A stretch of DNA of 64,000 bases from assembly GCA_001724265.1 (NCBI GenBank), contig MEDY01000135.1, forward strand, positions 1-64,000, given 5' to 3'. Within the stretch, counting starts at the first letter, position 1, and each line of letters opens with the position of its first letter. Origin of the DNA: Rhizaria sp. SCN 62-66. Lineage: Eukaryota. The position numbers were made by a program, and so were the translations under genes. Shown one piece after another: positions 48,612-60,500 of the stretch. The notes below the pieces were generated by a model. The model saw only the letters and a program-made list of their open reading frames with translations, was not told the origin of the DNA and ran no database searches.

Positions 48612-49141
48612 GCGCTTCTTCGCGCTGTGTTGCTTGAAATTGTCCGCAAAATTTTTTTTATGAGTGTCATTTGATACTCTTCTTGTTTTTGTTTTGTTTT
48701 TCAATCTGTTCTTTAAAAAAATTTACATCGTGCCCCCGTACTTGCACTTTGATCAATCCGTATTCGTAATATTCATACGATGTGACACTAGTATATAGAA
48801 TCGTTGCTCGCTTAATGAGACAATGTACATATGCTACTCTGAATTCTCTTCCACTACATTAGCTTTTTTTCTATCGCACCACTCTTCGCTTTGCACTGTC
48901 ATCAGTCAATACAGTTTGCTAAGTTAACTCCCTACGTCTTGTGAATAGAATATTATTGTTTATTATTATGTATCAAACCAGCGGCAAGCCATGCGCAACC
49001 GCCTTATATTTCATCAAATATTATTTTTACTACATACTCGTCCCACAGTAAACACCCACACACAAGCACCACACGTCAACATCACTCGTTGACTGTGACC
49101 TGACCACTCAGCACCTGACTGACTGGTTGAGTGAGTGCTGC

Positions 49142-50240
49142 TTACGCGGAGGGCTGGCCACTGCCGGCGGCGGCGGCCTCGCGCGCCTTCTGGTAGGCCG
49201 CCATCTGCGCGTTGAGGTCGCTCTCAGTCACCTTGGGCTTGGGGGCGGGGGCGGCCTTCTTGGCGGGCGCGGCAGCCTTCTTGACGGGGGCCTTGGCGGG
49301 GGACTTGGCGAGGGCGGCGGCGGGCTTCTTGGAGAGAACCTTCTTGGCCGGGGACGCAGAGGCCGAGGCGGGCACCGCGCGGGACGGCGAGGCGGCGCGC
49401 GCGGGGGACGACGGGCTGCGGGCGGCGACCTTGGCCTGGAGGTGGGCAGGCACCTGTTATATCAAACAATATGGAACAATGTCACGAAAGCAAGAGAGAA
49501 CAGAAAAGAGCAAAAGATGTTAGAATATAAAGTAAAAGTCGCAATATGTTTATGAAACTGCATATACACACATATTTACGTATTTACGATTAAAATGTAA
49601 AATTAATCGTCACATACCTTGTTCTTGGGGGCGGGCGAGGAGCGCTGGAGGGGCGCGGCGGCGCGGCGCGGCGCGGGGGCGGGAGAGCGCGAGCGGTCGC
49701 GGTGCGAGTCCAACGCAACCTCAAAGCCGACGTTGCGGTTGTTGTTGTTGTTGTGGCGGGGCGCGTTGAAAGGCGCGTAGCCCATGGCCTGCGTGTCGTA
49801 GCCGCGCACAGCGCCGGTCGCGTGGTGGGGTTGCTGCGACTGGGGCTTCACGGGGCGCGGGTCGGGCTTGGCGGCCGCGGGCGCCGGAGCGGGCGTGCGC
49901 TTGACGACGACGGGCGGCGCAGTGCCGAGCGTGCACTGGAGGTGGACGGACATGATGCGGCCGTCGACAGAGGCACCGTCGTACTCCTCGAGGGCGCGGC
50001 GCGCCTCCTCAGGGGTCGCGAACGTGATCAGCGATGAGCCGAGGGAGCGGCCAGCCTGGTCGTAGTAGACCGTGACGGAGGTGACGAGGCCGCAGTCGCG
50101 GAAGACGTCGTTGCGGAGCTCGTCCTCGCCGATGGCGGGGTCGAGGTTGGAGACGCGGATGGTGCGGTCGGCCTTGAGGGGGCGCTCGGGGGCCGCGGCC
50201 GCGGCGGGGGCGGAGGCGGGCTTGGGGGGGAAGCCGGACA
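49142..50240 (-). CDS. ALYREF: ALYREF/THO4-like mRNA export adaptor (RRM plus C-terminal UAP56-binding-like motif), exons 50240-49618 and 49453-49142; the first base of the ATG probably comes from an upstream exon ending at 50639
   Basis: RRM TIRVSNLD..VTVYYDQAGRSLGSSLITF..YDGASVDGRIM; C-terminal VTESDLNAQMAAY. Intron 49617-49454 (GTATGT..AACAG). Ends in TAA. Confidence 0.75.
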
Positions 50241-51052
50241 CTGATGACGGAATATCAAGGGCAGATGGTGGTGTAAAACGCAAGAAACACGATGCAAGAA
50301 AGAGTGGGGTAAGTGGTGATGCGGGGAAGCACAGGACGAAAGAAAGCCAATAGTGAAGTGGCCAAGCGAGACCAATGAGTGTTTTGTTAACGCCTGCAAG
50401 ATCTGATGACAGAATAGTCATAGTACCACATTGGCACAAATTTAGAAGCAGATCTGTACAGAGATGTGCGTTGTGCAGAACAAAAGGAGCTGATGGTCAC
50501 GGCAAGCGTGAAAATAGAGAAGGCGGGAGCTGTTGTAACCCGAGATTCGGGCCGAAGTTTCGCAAGGCTCGGCGAACACGATCCGAGACGAAAAAAGGCA
50601 AACCTTTAAATAGGTTGTGATATGAGACAGTGACGTACTTTGCACAGGGAACTAAAGATAACTAGACGACCTAGTTATGTCTGTCAACCCTCTCCAACAT
50701 CACCCTTCGTGATCAGTCAGTGTTGCCAGTCCAGCGAGCCAGACCAGCCGACCGGCCCCGGCTTGATTTCCTCTTGGTCAGTCGGACTGTGACAGACGAC
50801 GAGGCAGGCGCCCATGAGGAAACTAAAAAGTGTCGTGTTCGCGAGAGACTCTCCGTCAAATAGCTTCTGTCGCAGTGTACAGGTACTGCCTTGCTTTGAT
50901 ATCTTTGTCATTTTGATTATATCTTACCAGTCGCTCGTCTCACCCCTCAACGGACTTTCTGCAGCGTTAGCTCTTCGGTGACGAACGACACACACGTATA
51001 GTCCCTTCCGACCTCGCTCAGAGACACCTGTCTGTCTCTCTGTGTGGGGGAC

Positions 51053-52948
51053 ATGTCGCGCTTCCAGCTCCTATGCCAGACGGGTACGTCCTTGAATCTC
51101 CTCTTGTCTCTCAAGTTTTGAACCGTATCTCTCAATCGCTCTCTGCCCCAAGTGATCTAATTCTATCATCAGTTTCTCTACACCACGCTTCGCTCACACG
51201 CTCTGTCTTTTTACTTTGGTTTTCTTGTACATCTTTCACAGGCTTTTTCATCCCGTCGGGCACCTGCGACTCGAACGCCGACCTCATGAGCGGCTACCGC
51301 ATCGCCAGCGTGGTCATATGGTCCATCGCCGTGCTGCTGCTTCTGCCTAACGTCATGTGCCGCCGCCGCCGCTCCCGCTCGCCCTGCGGCAACCTCGTCA
51401 TCCAGACCCTCTTTATTGCCGCCGTTTTGCGTCTCTGTAGCTTTGCGCTGGCCCTCGCTGAGGCGCTCCCGCGCGACGCCGCGTTGTTCCTCTTCGGCTC
51501 CGGCTCGTGCCTGCTCGCGGCATGCTTCACCACGCTGTCCTTCCGCTGGATCAAACTGGGCATCCAGATCCGCTCCCAGCGCCTCGACCACCCGCGCGTG
51601 GCGCTCGTGCGCGTGCTCTACATTATCCTCGCCGTCCTGCTGCTGAGCCTCTACCTCGCCTCGCTCGCGCCATCAGCGCCTGACGCGCTCGCGCTAGCCG
51701 GCCAGGCCAGCATAGGACTGCTCTTCCTCGTCGCCGCGCTCGCCACGGCCGCGCAGCTCCAGACGCTCTACGGCATGCTGCGCGCGCTCCACGTCGTCAC
51801 CGTCGCGGTCGGGGAGACGTACCCGTCCCCTCGCTCCTCGTCCGCAGCCGCTGCCGCTGCTGCGGGTGGCGGCTCCGGCGGCGTCAACAGCCCCACACAC
51901 AGCCAGCGCAAGGAGCCTCTGCTCAGCGGCGGTGGCGGCGGCGGCAGCAGCGACAGCGCGGGCGGGCAGCGGTACAACTCGACCGGGCACCGCCACGGCG
52001 ACAGCGACGGCATGGCTCTGAGCCACGGCCACGACGGTGGCCACGCGGCCGGCGACAGCGATAGCGCGCGCCGTCTGCGCGCCGTGGGCGTGACGGGCCT
52101 CATGGTCGCGCTGCTGACCGCGCTGTACCTCCTGTGCACGGGCCTCGCGCTGGCCCTGCGCGCGAGTATGGTGCTCACGCCGCTCTTCTTCTTTGTACTC
52201 CGCACCGCCGAGCTCTTGTTCGCGGTGCTCATCTTGCTCACGGCGCACCCGGAGGCGCTGCTGCTGGGCGACGCCGACGCCGACGCCGACGCCGCGGCCG
52301 CCGAGGCCGGGCTCACCGGCAGCGCCTCGGCCTCGGGCTTCACACTGGGCGGCAGCGGCGGCGGCGGCGGCGGGCTCGGCGGTCTGGCGGCGGCCTCGTC
52401 GGTTGGCACGGACCCCAACTCGTTCTCGACCTACAACAACTACAGCTACGGCGCCGGGCTGGTGATGGACGACGACCGCTACGCGGCCGGGTACGACGTG
52501 TATGCGGCGCACGGCGTTGATGTCGCGGGCACGCCGCTCGCCGGGTCCGTGCGCCTGCAGGCCGGCTCGCTGGGCGCCGCCGCGGCGCGGCTGGGGTATT
52601 CGCCCGCGGTGTACAACAGCGGCGCCGGCAGCGGCAGCGGCGGGCTCAGCGGCAACAGCGCGGGCGGCATCGGCAGTCTCGGCGCCGGCAGCGCCGCGGG
52701 GGGCGTCATGGTCATCGGCAGCGCAGGCTCGGCGCACGGTCACCGCATCCACGGCCACGGCCACAGCAGCCACGGGCAGGGCGAGACTGTGGGCTTCTCA
52801 CGCTTCAGCCCGCTGTCCCCCGCGGCCGCTGCGGGGGCGCTGGGCGGCGTCGGCTCGGCCTCGGCCTCGGTCTCGATGGGGCCCTCGATGGCGGCCACCG
52901 CGGCCGCGCACGCCACTGCCAGTCACACCGCCGCCGCGGCCAACAACA

Positions 52949-53011
<63 letters not shown>

Positions 53012-53214
53012 TGGAGCCCGGGAGCGTAGCTGGGTCGAGCGACGGCAGCGGCGGCGTCACCATCGGGTCTCGGTACTCGGTGGCGTCGACACCGATGTCA
53101 TACGCGTCCTACGGGCAGTTCAGCCCTTACGCGCCGCAGGGCCACCGCAGCAGCAACTTCGTGCTGCACGCGCAAAGCCCGCCCGGCAAGAGCATCGGGT
53201 CGCCGCCCAACTAA
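51053..53214 (+). CDS. seven-transmembrane protein, TOM1/THH1/GPR137-like, with a Gly/Ser-rich tail, about 667 aa, exons 51053-51083 and 51242-53214
   Basis: Intron 51084-51241 (GTACGT..CACAG) gives MSRFQLLCQTGFFIP. Seven hydrophobic segments counted by eye; the family assignment rests on topology only. Ends in TAA. Confidence 0.65.
52951..53007 (+). repeat. pure (GGC)19 microsatellite encoding poly-Gly
   Basis: Read directly. Confidence 0.9.
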
Positions 53215-54538
53215 GAAACCGGGGGACTGAGGTGAGGGGAGGGAACAGCAAGATGTGACCGCTTCAGTTAGAAAGGTTGGGTCAGTGTCTGGAGTGTCGC
53301 TTATTTCAATATAAGCACAACGAGGCAAGGCACTTGGTCTGATCATGAATGATTTTTATACGTACTACATGGAATGGACTTGGACTTGTGCGATTAATCA
53401 TGAATGACCAGAGGGAAGATGATAACATATAAACGCTACAATAGGGACATGTATAATGATTTAAATAAATACAATAAGCACTAATTTCTCGCCTTACTTC
53501 TCATCCACACTCGCAACACATGGTGAGTGTGTAATTTGAGGCCGTATAGCGCGGTGATAGGAATAAAAGAAGAAAAAAAAAGAAGTGTGCAAAGTTGGAA
53601 GTGAACTTGGTTCCTTCAGAAGTTTATGCTCGTATTCGTGCAAAAGTTAACGCACCAAATAGCAAAAAAAAATGAGGATTATGCCTATAAATCAAAATTT
53701 AAAATATTTAATGTAAATAAATATATTTGACGGAACAGAGTTCACCCCCAATGGGTGGCTACTACGACTGGTGAGCAAAGACGGGGAAACACCTTTTGCA
53801 CGAACGACAAAGACTGGTTAATTTACGGCACTGGAAATTTCGCCGGCTTCATCCAGCCGTGGTGATAAAGAGGTTGTGAATACGGCGATTGACAGAGTTG
53901 GTAATATTAATTTTCTATTTCGATTGCTTCCGCCATTTTCTAGTAGTCAGGACAGAGCTTGTTTGGGAGCTTAATAGGATGGCTCGTTTGACAAGCAGAA
54001 CGAAGTTTTTCTTGCCCTTTTAAAAGGGTTTTGTGCTTATCAATGCTTATTTTGGGGTATTAGGAGTGAAGACATCAGTTGGAAAGTTGCACGCGCCACG
54101 TTTTCTTGCGTATATCTTTTTTGGCCATTAGCTACGATCTCTTTTAGTTCTCACCTTACGTTCAACTTCTATGCTCTTTGCGACGTCGCTTCGCACTTTT
54201 TAATTCCCGTCCCCGTAGGAGCGACGCAGTTTCCCCCGGCGTCCTGCTCATTTCTATTCTTCTCATTTCTTTCACGAGGCCTAGGTTTTATTCCTACGGC
54301 TGCGCTCTGTACTCCAGTATTTGACCGATCCCGCTGTTGTGCCGATATTCGATCGCTCCATTGTAGGATCTCATTCGGAGTCTTTGCTTCCTCCTCCGGC
54401 CTTGAGCCGTCCTCACAACTGTTCACACTTATACCAATCTTGACAGCGACGTAAAACACTCGTGAGACTTTTCCTGGCACAAGAACTGAAGGAGTGGACA
54501 CGTCAAGACACCAAGCACGTGGAGTTATTGTTACGACA

Positions 54539-57500
54539 ATGTTGCGTTGCTTTCGCTTCTTGTCAGCGCATCTACCGATGCTGCTATTGCTGCTGTCTTC
54601 GCTGTCCATTTTTCTGCTCCAAGTCTCAGCGTCATCGAATTTCTTTTTTCCGTCCACCAGCAACTCTCGCGGTGCCAATGTGTTCGTGCACTTCGTTCTT
54701 GATGGCCCGCACTCCGTCAACGTGGCCACCACTATCTTTCTGTCGACGCTCTCGCCCACGTCCTCGATCCTGTTCGCGGAATTCAGTGGTGGTCTTTCAA
54801 ACTGTTTTTTTCATGACATTACGTCGGCGTCGACCCTGTCTGCGATCTCTTACGCTGCGTCCACGTACACCTTCACCGTCACACACACCGCCGACTCGTC
54901 CTTGGCTAAGCTCGTCATCTGCTCTGTGCTGGTGGCCGACGCTGCGGATGTCAATGCGAACAGCACTGCGACAGCGAGCTTTGTTACAGACACTGTGGTA
55001 GTAGCCACGGCCTCAATCTACATTGCCGCGTCGTTTCTCACTCCAACACTGTCGATGTGGCGTAACAGCGACCAATTCGTACAGTCGCGCCAGAGCACGC
55101 CGGTGTACATCTACAACACTTTCACCACGCCAGTGGTTTTGGGCAGCGAGGCTGGTAAGTCTACGGCGTTTATGACTATTAAGGTTGCTTGGGCATCTGA
55201 GCTAATGACCTGTTCCATGGTCTTCGAGGGCGGACTTGCGGCAACGGTCGCTGCTCCAACCGTCTCAGGCACTGTTGCGACGTACGCCGTCACGTTCCCG
55301 ACGCAGATGCGCGAGACCACCGAGTTCGAGCTCCGATGTCTTGCATATTGGCGCTCTTCCAATGAGTCTGTTTTCTCCGGAGTCAGTATCGATGTTGCAC
55401 TTATCTTCCCGTCTGGATTCACGCTCACCAAAAGCCCAAGCTATTTCTACTCCATCGAGTCGACAATGAACAAGACCTTGATCCCTATTGCTAGCACCAG
55501 TGATGGCGAGTGGGTTCCCGCACTCTCTGGCTCGTCGCACGTGCTCGGCCTTGCGGGTAACGTCGCTGCGGCGAACAAAAGCGGTACTTTTTATTTTGCT
55601 ATGAAATCCCCCGTTGGGGCAGAGGTCTACCGCGGCGCGCCGGGTTCATACTGTTTCCTCTTCGCAACACCGCTTAAGGACGACTTCACGGGTCCCGCTG
55701 TGTCACACTCACCCCACACACGCGTTAATAGTCTCACGTATGGCTCTGAGGGATGCACGTTCAGTGTTGCGCAAATGACTATCACAGGCACTGTGTCGGC
55801 GGCGCAAACGTCGCTCCAAGTGACTATGGGCATTGTTCTTATGGATCCCCCCCTTTCGCTCACCAACAATGTCCCGCAGTCCTCTGTGACGTTCACCAGT
55901 ATCCAAAACGTGTACCGTGGTGTGCCAACTGTTCTTGGCCTTTCGCCACTCTTTCAGACCGCGCCGACATACGTTACCACGTTCACGCCGGCCGGCCTAT
56001 TTGTTCCGCCGCGCTCCTTTACCGTTACCGTGGGGTCTGAAACTCTTCTGTACCCGGACGACTGGGGCCGGCAAATGCAGAACGCACCCGTGACCTACCG
56101 CTCCAACATCACTAGCCCTCGCCTTTACACGCGTCCCCGGGCTCGCTACTTGCACGCGCAGACTACCAACGCGGCCTCTGCGCCGGTGCTTGGCCGGCTG
56201 TCACCCGCGACGTCCGGCCAGCTCACGTTCTGGTTTGGCGGCATCGCGTTTGAGAAGGCCGAAGACGTGGCGACATCGATCAGCACAATTCGACCCATTC
56301 TTGCCGACCTGTGGATGTTTGACGCGCTTGGTAACACAACGACGCTGCTGTCAGGCGACCCGTCGCAAACGCGCTCCTCAGCGCGGTTGTATAATAACGG
56401 ATAGTTCGTTCCCGTTGCCGGCGATTACCACCCAGATCTTCACCCCGCGGCGCGGCACTCGGCGTCGCTCGCTTTCGACGCCGCGCTCGAAGTGCTTTGG
56501 CTCTACGGCGGCGCCGAGGGACTTATGGGCAACACCACGTCCGACACGCCTATTGCGCAGCAACGCTTCTTTGATGATCTGTGGTCCTATAACCTCAAGA
56601 CCAACATGTGGGCGTGGTGGCGCGGCAGCGTGGTCCCGTTGTATCGTGCGCAGAATGCGACTTTATTCGGCTCGCTCCCGCCGCTCGCCGGCGCCGGTGC
56701 TGCAGCGCACGATGGCGTGTTGTTGATCTACGGCGGCCTGGTTATGAGCGCGGCCAACGCGCCTGAAGGGCGCAAACTGCCGTACTTTGAGCTTGACGCG
56801 ATGATGATGTTCAACTCCTCCGATGGGAGTATCACGCGCTTGGCTGGTGGTAGCAATGGTTACGACTTCACATTCAACGGCGGGACTCCCTTCGTTGGCG
56901 CCGCGACAAGCCCGCCTGCGGCAGCGTATCCGACGCTAGTGTGGAACACGCACGCCGCCACTGGAACGAGCGATGTGTACATGTACGGCGGTGTGCTTGC
57001 GCCCAGTCAAGCCGGATTCAGCTACTTATCGCTCGACCTGGCCAACTCGCTCAACCCGCACTCTGACTCGAGCGTTCTTACCGGCCTCTGGCGTTTCTCA
57101 GTTTTGTCTAAGATCTGGACTCGTCTCGACGCGCCCACTGTGGCCATGTCGGCTAACCGCGGCCACCCGCGTATTGCGGAGCCGTTGCAGTCGGGCTTCC
57201 TCTCGCACCCCGGCGGACGCGTGTTTGCGGCGATGAACATTGCGCCCAACGGTGATGTGTATCTCTACGGGGGTCGTGGTCACTCGAGTGGGTTTATTAT
57301 TACACCTAGCGGGTACGGCATCAGCAATGCGACTGTGCAGACGCTGACGAGTGTGCCTGCGCTTTCACCATTTACTTACCCGCTGTCGAGTCGGTTTGTT
57401 AATGGCGCCGATTCAAACGCAGTGACATTGTACGCGTTTGTCTACTCGGCCAGCGAGCTTCAGAATTCTGGCGTCAGTGTCAATGTGCCGCTTAACGACT

Positions 57501-60500
57501 TGGACATTATGCTGCGTCTTATGTCAACATCACTTGCCATCGGGGCGAGCACGACAACCGCCTTTAAGGTGCGCGCGATGTTGAAGACACTCGAAGGCGT
57601 ATCGTTCTTTAATGATACCGATAAGTACAACGCTGCTGCGCTGCGTCAGTGGGGCGAGGAAGTGTTTTTGTACCCTGAGCACGCGTTTGACGCGCGCACA
57701 TGGAAGGCCGGTACGTTTATGGCTGTCAACTCGCCGATGCACTCCACCGGCATCGACAGCGCGTTGGAGCCCAACCAGTCGCTCCTGCTCATCCTTCGCA
57801 TCGAGTATTCGTTCAGCACAGCGCTGGGTTTGGCTGCACCGACTTATGTTGTCGACATGCTGCAAACAAGCGGCGATACAGGTGTAGCGCTTATCACTAT
57901 CCCTGGCTATCCGTTCAAGAACGAGTACTTCACTCGGTACGCTTTTAAGCCAATTCTGATGCTGCGTTCGCGGCTCCCGCCCATTGGCATGCCTTCGCCG
58001 CGATCGTCTTTGTCACTGTACTCGCGCCCGCAGCTCGATGACCTATGGGTCTTCTCCGCGTCACTTCTCCAGTGGCGTTTGCAGTACGGTTTTCCCACCG
58101 CTCTCAAGCGCAACGTTGTTTCGGGCTCCCAACGGCAGTCCGGTGTCGACTACCATTGGCCCGGCGCGCGTCAACAGGCGTCACTTATGATTCCGACATC
58201 GTTTACCACCGCTACAACCGCGTCGGCGTACGACGTGTCACTGTTCCTGCACGGCGGTTACGCCGTATCCCCCACGGTCCACGAGGACTACGAGCTTGGA
58301 CTCAACCCAGATGCCCCCATCGCATTGCACCGGCGTCGCATCACGTTCTACGATGACCTGTGGTCGATCGACATGGGGCCGCAGGTTATTGACAGCGCGG
58401 CGCCCGGCGCAGCGGCGTATTCGACGAACTCGGGGGCCTCCACCGCGGGGCTGAACCTTTACACACGTGGAATGCCAGTGTATGACGAGTTCATGTACTC
58501 GCGGTTGTCGCAGTCGCTCGGCAATACGTGTCCCTCGAGCTCCAGCTGCGCATCCACGGCCACGTGTTTGGCGGGCGGCGGGTCTTACTTCTGCCGCTGT
58601 GCGTCGTACACATTCGGTGCGAGCTGCAACAACACTGCGCAAGAAATTGCTCTTATGCAAGGCATGTTCAAGCCGATCGGAGGCACCACGACTCTGGCCT
58701 CTCTCGACTTACAGGCGCAGCACAGGCCCTTTAGCGCGGTCGCAGTGCACCCCGTGACGAAGGAGGTGTGGGGCTACGGTGGCGTCACATCTAACTCTGA
58801 TCACGGGCCGCGCATACAGTCATCGTTAGTCCGCACAAACCTCGCCTTACGGACACACTCTGAAGTGTCGTACGTGCGGGGGCAGACACAAAGCGAACAG
58901 CTCTCGTTCACTACTTCAGTGACTGGCTTCTACCCCGTTAAGGAGGTCGGTGTGACGTACGCGTCCGCCACGGAACCCCCCCCGTCCGCTGACGCTATGA
59001 TGTCTTTTTCCCCCTCTGGCAACGCGCTCTATTTGTACGCAGAGAGTCTCGTGTGCTCACCGGGTGTGTGGTGGTTCAACACATCTTCTCTCACATGGGC
59101 ATCGATTGGCAGCTTCATCTCTGAGAACTACCCCGCGACGAACGATCACAGTGCAGTTTATGGCAGCTACGGTCAGTACAATTATTCGTACCACCCCGAC
59201 GCGCGGCAGGGTGCGGCCAAGGCGAGTCGCCCCGGTTTGATGTGTCTTTATTCGGGTTCGCAAGTCTACTTCCCCGACTTTTCCGCCGGCACTAATGATG
59301 ACTTATGGTGCGCGCGCACGACTGATGACCCCGCAGGGATCACTTGGTCGCGTTTGGCGGGATTGACGAGCCGCAAAGTCGCTGGCTTGCTGCCCGTAGC
59401 CGCACAGCCCGGCGAGTTTAGCACCGTGTGCACGCCTGGTGCACGTGTTGGCGCTTCGCTGGCTTTCTCGACCGATGGCTATTATCTGTACCTCTTCGGC
59501 GGCAGCTTGGTGCAGTATGGAAGCACAGCACAGGCGCTTATGGCTGATTTGTGGGTGTTTTCGATAACCAACATGACATGGGCCTATCTTTCCGGCCCCA
59601 CAGAGCCTGTCACATCGCTCATGTCGTCGCATGCCTCGAGTCACTCAATCACCTCAGGCTCGCCCTCGCGGTTGCAGTACCCCGGCGCGCGCATGTTTGC
59701 CTCCATGGCAGTCTCCGGCGACGATATGCTCTACGTCTCTGGCGGTATTAGGCTTCCCACGGAAGGCACAGGCGCAACCATGGTTGAAAAGACTACGTTT
59801 GCGACTTTCGTTCGTCCATTGCACGACACGAACACAACGCTGCCGACAGCGGTGTGGGCGCCGTCATTCACCAACAAGACAGCTGCACTTGCGTGGGTGT
59901 CGATTGAAGTTGAGACAGGCGCTGAACCTATAACAAATCAGTGGTTCTGGAGCACAAACTTCATTAACAACGGCCGCTTTGGCACAAGTATGGTTTTTCT
60001 CCCGTCGACTATTAGTGTAGAGGCTCCGTTTGCGACTGACAACACGATCATGACAATGACAGCGGGAATGCAGATGCGCGGTTCCGTCGTCGCTGCTACT
60101 GCGTATTACCCATATTTCTCGTTCCCGCTTTATGACAGCGAAACCGCTGGTCTCGTGCTGCGCACGTCGCCGTGCCGTGTGAATCCATGTCTGAATGACG
60201 GTGTCTGTACGATCTGCGCTGCCGAGGATGCTATGTGCTCCAAAGGTTACATTGACACTGGTATTACATCCTCAGCGTACCATTGTATTTGCTCGACGCG
60301 ATTTTTTGGTCGCCACTGTGAACTCACGCGCGAAACTTATAGGCCCCCATCGGCAGCAACCTCACTCCCGTGTTTCCAGAACGCTGAGTTTGGAACGTCG
60401 ATCTCAAGCCCGTGTCAGTGTATCATCACCAGTCCTGCATCTTTTTTCGGTGTTTTTTGCTCACCTCTTGTTTCGTATTCGATCTATCACAATATCTCAA

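Noticed and set aside
50530-50580. Small hairpins (CCCGA-GAT-TCGGG and GCCGA..TCGGC) as a structured ncRNA
   Set aside because: Stems are too short to distinguish from chance, and no snoRNA boxes or tRNA arms were recognisable.
54169-54759. 196-aa minus-strand ORF overlapping the start of the giant gene
   Set aside because: No domain, atypical composition, and antisense to the signal-peptide region of a well-supported gene.
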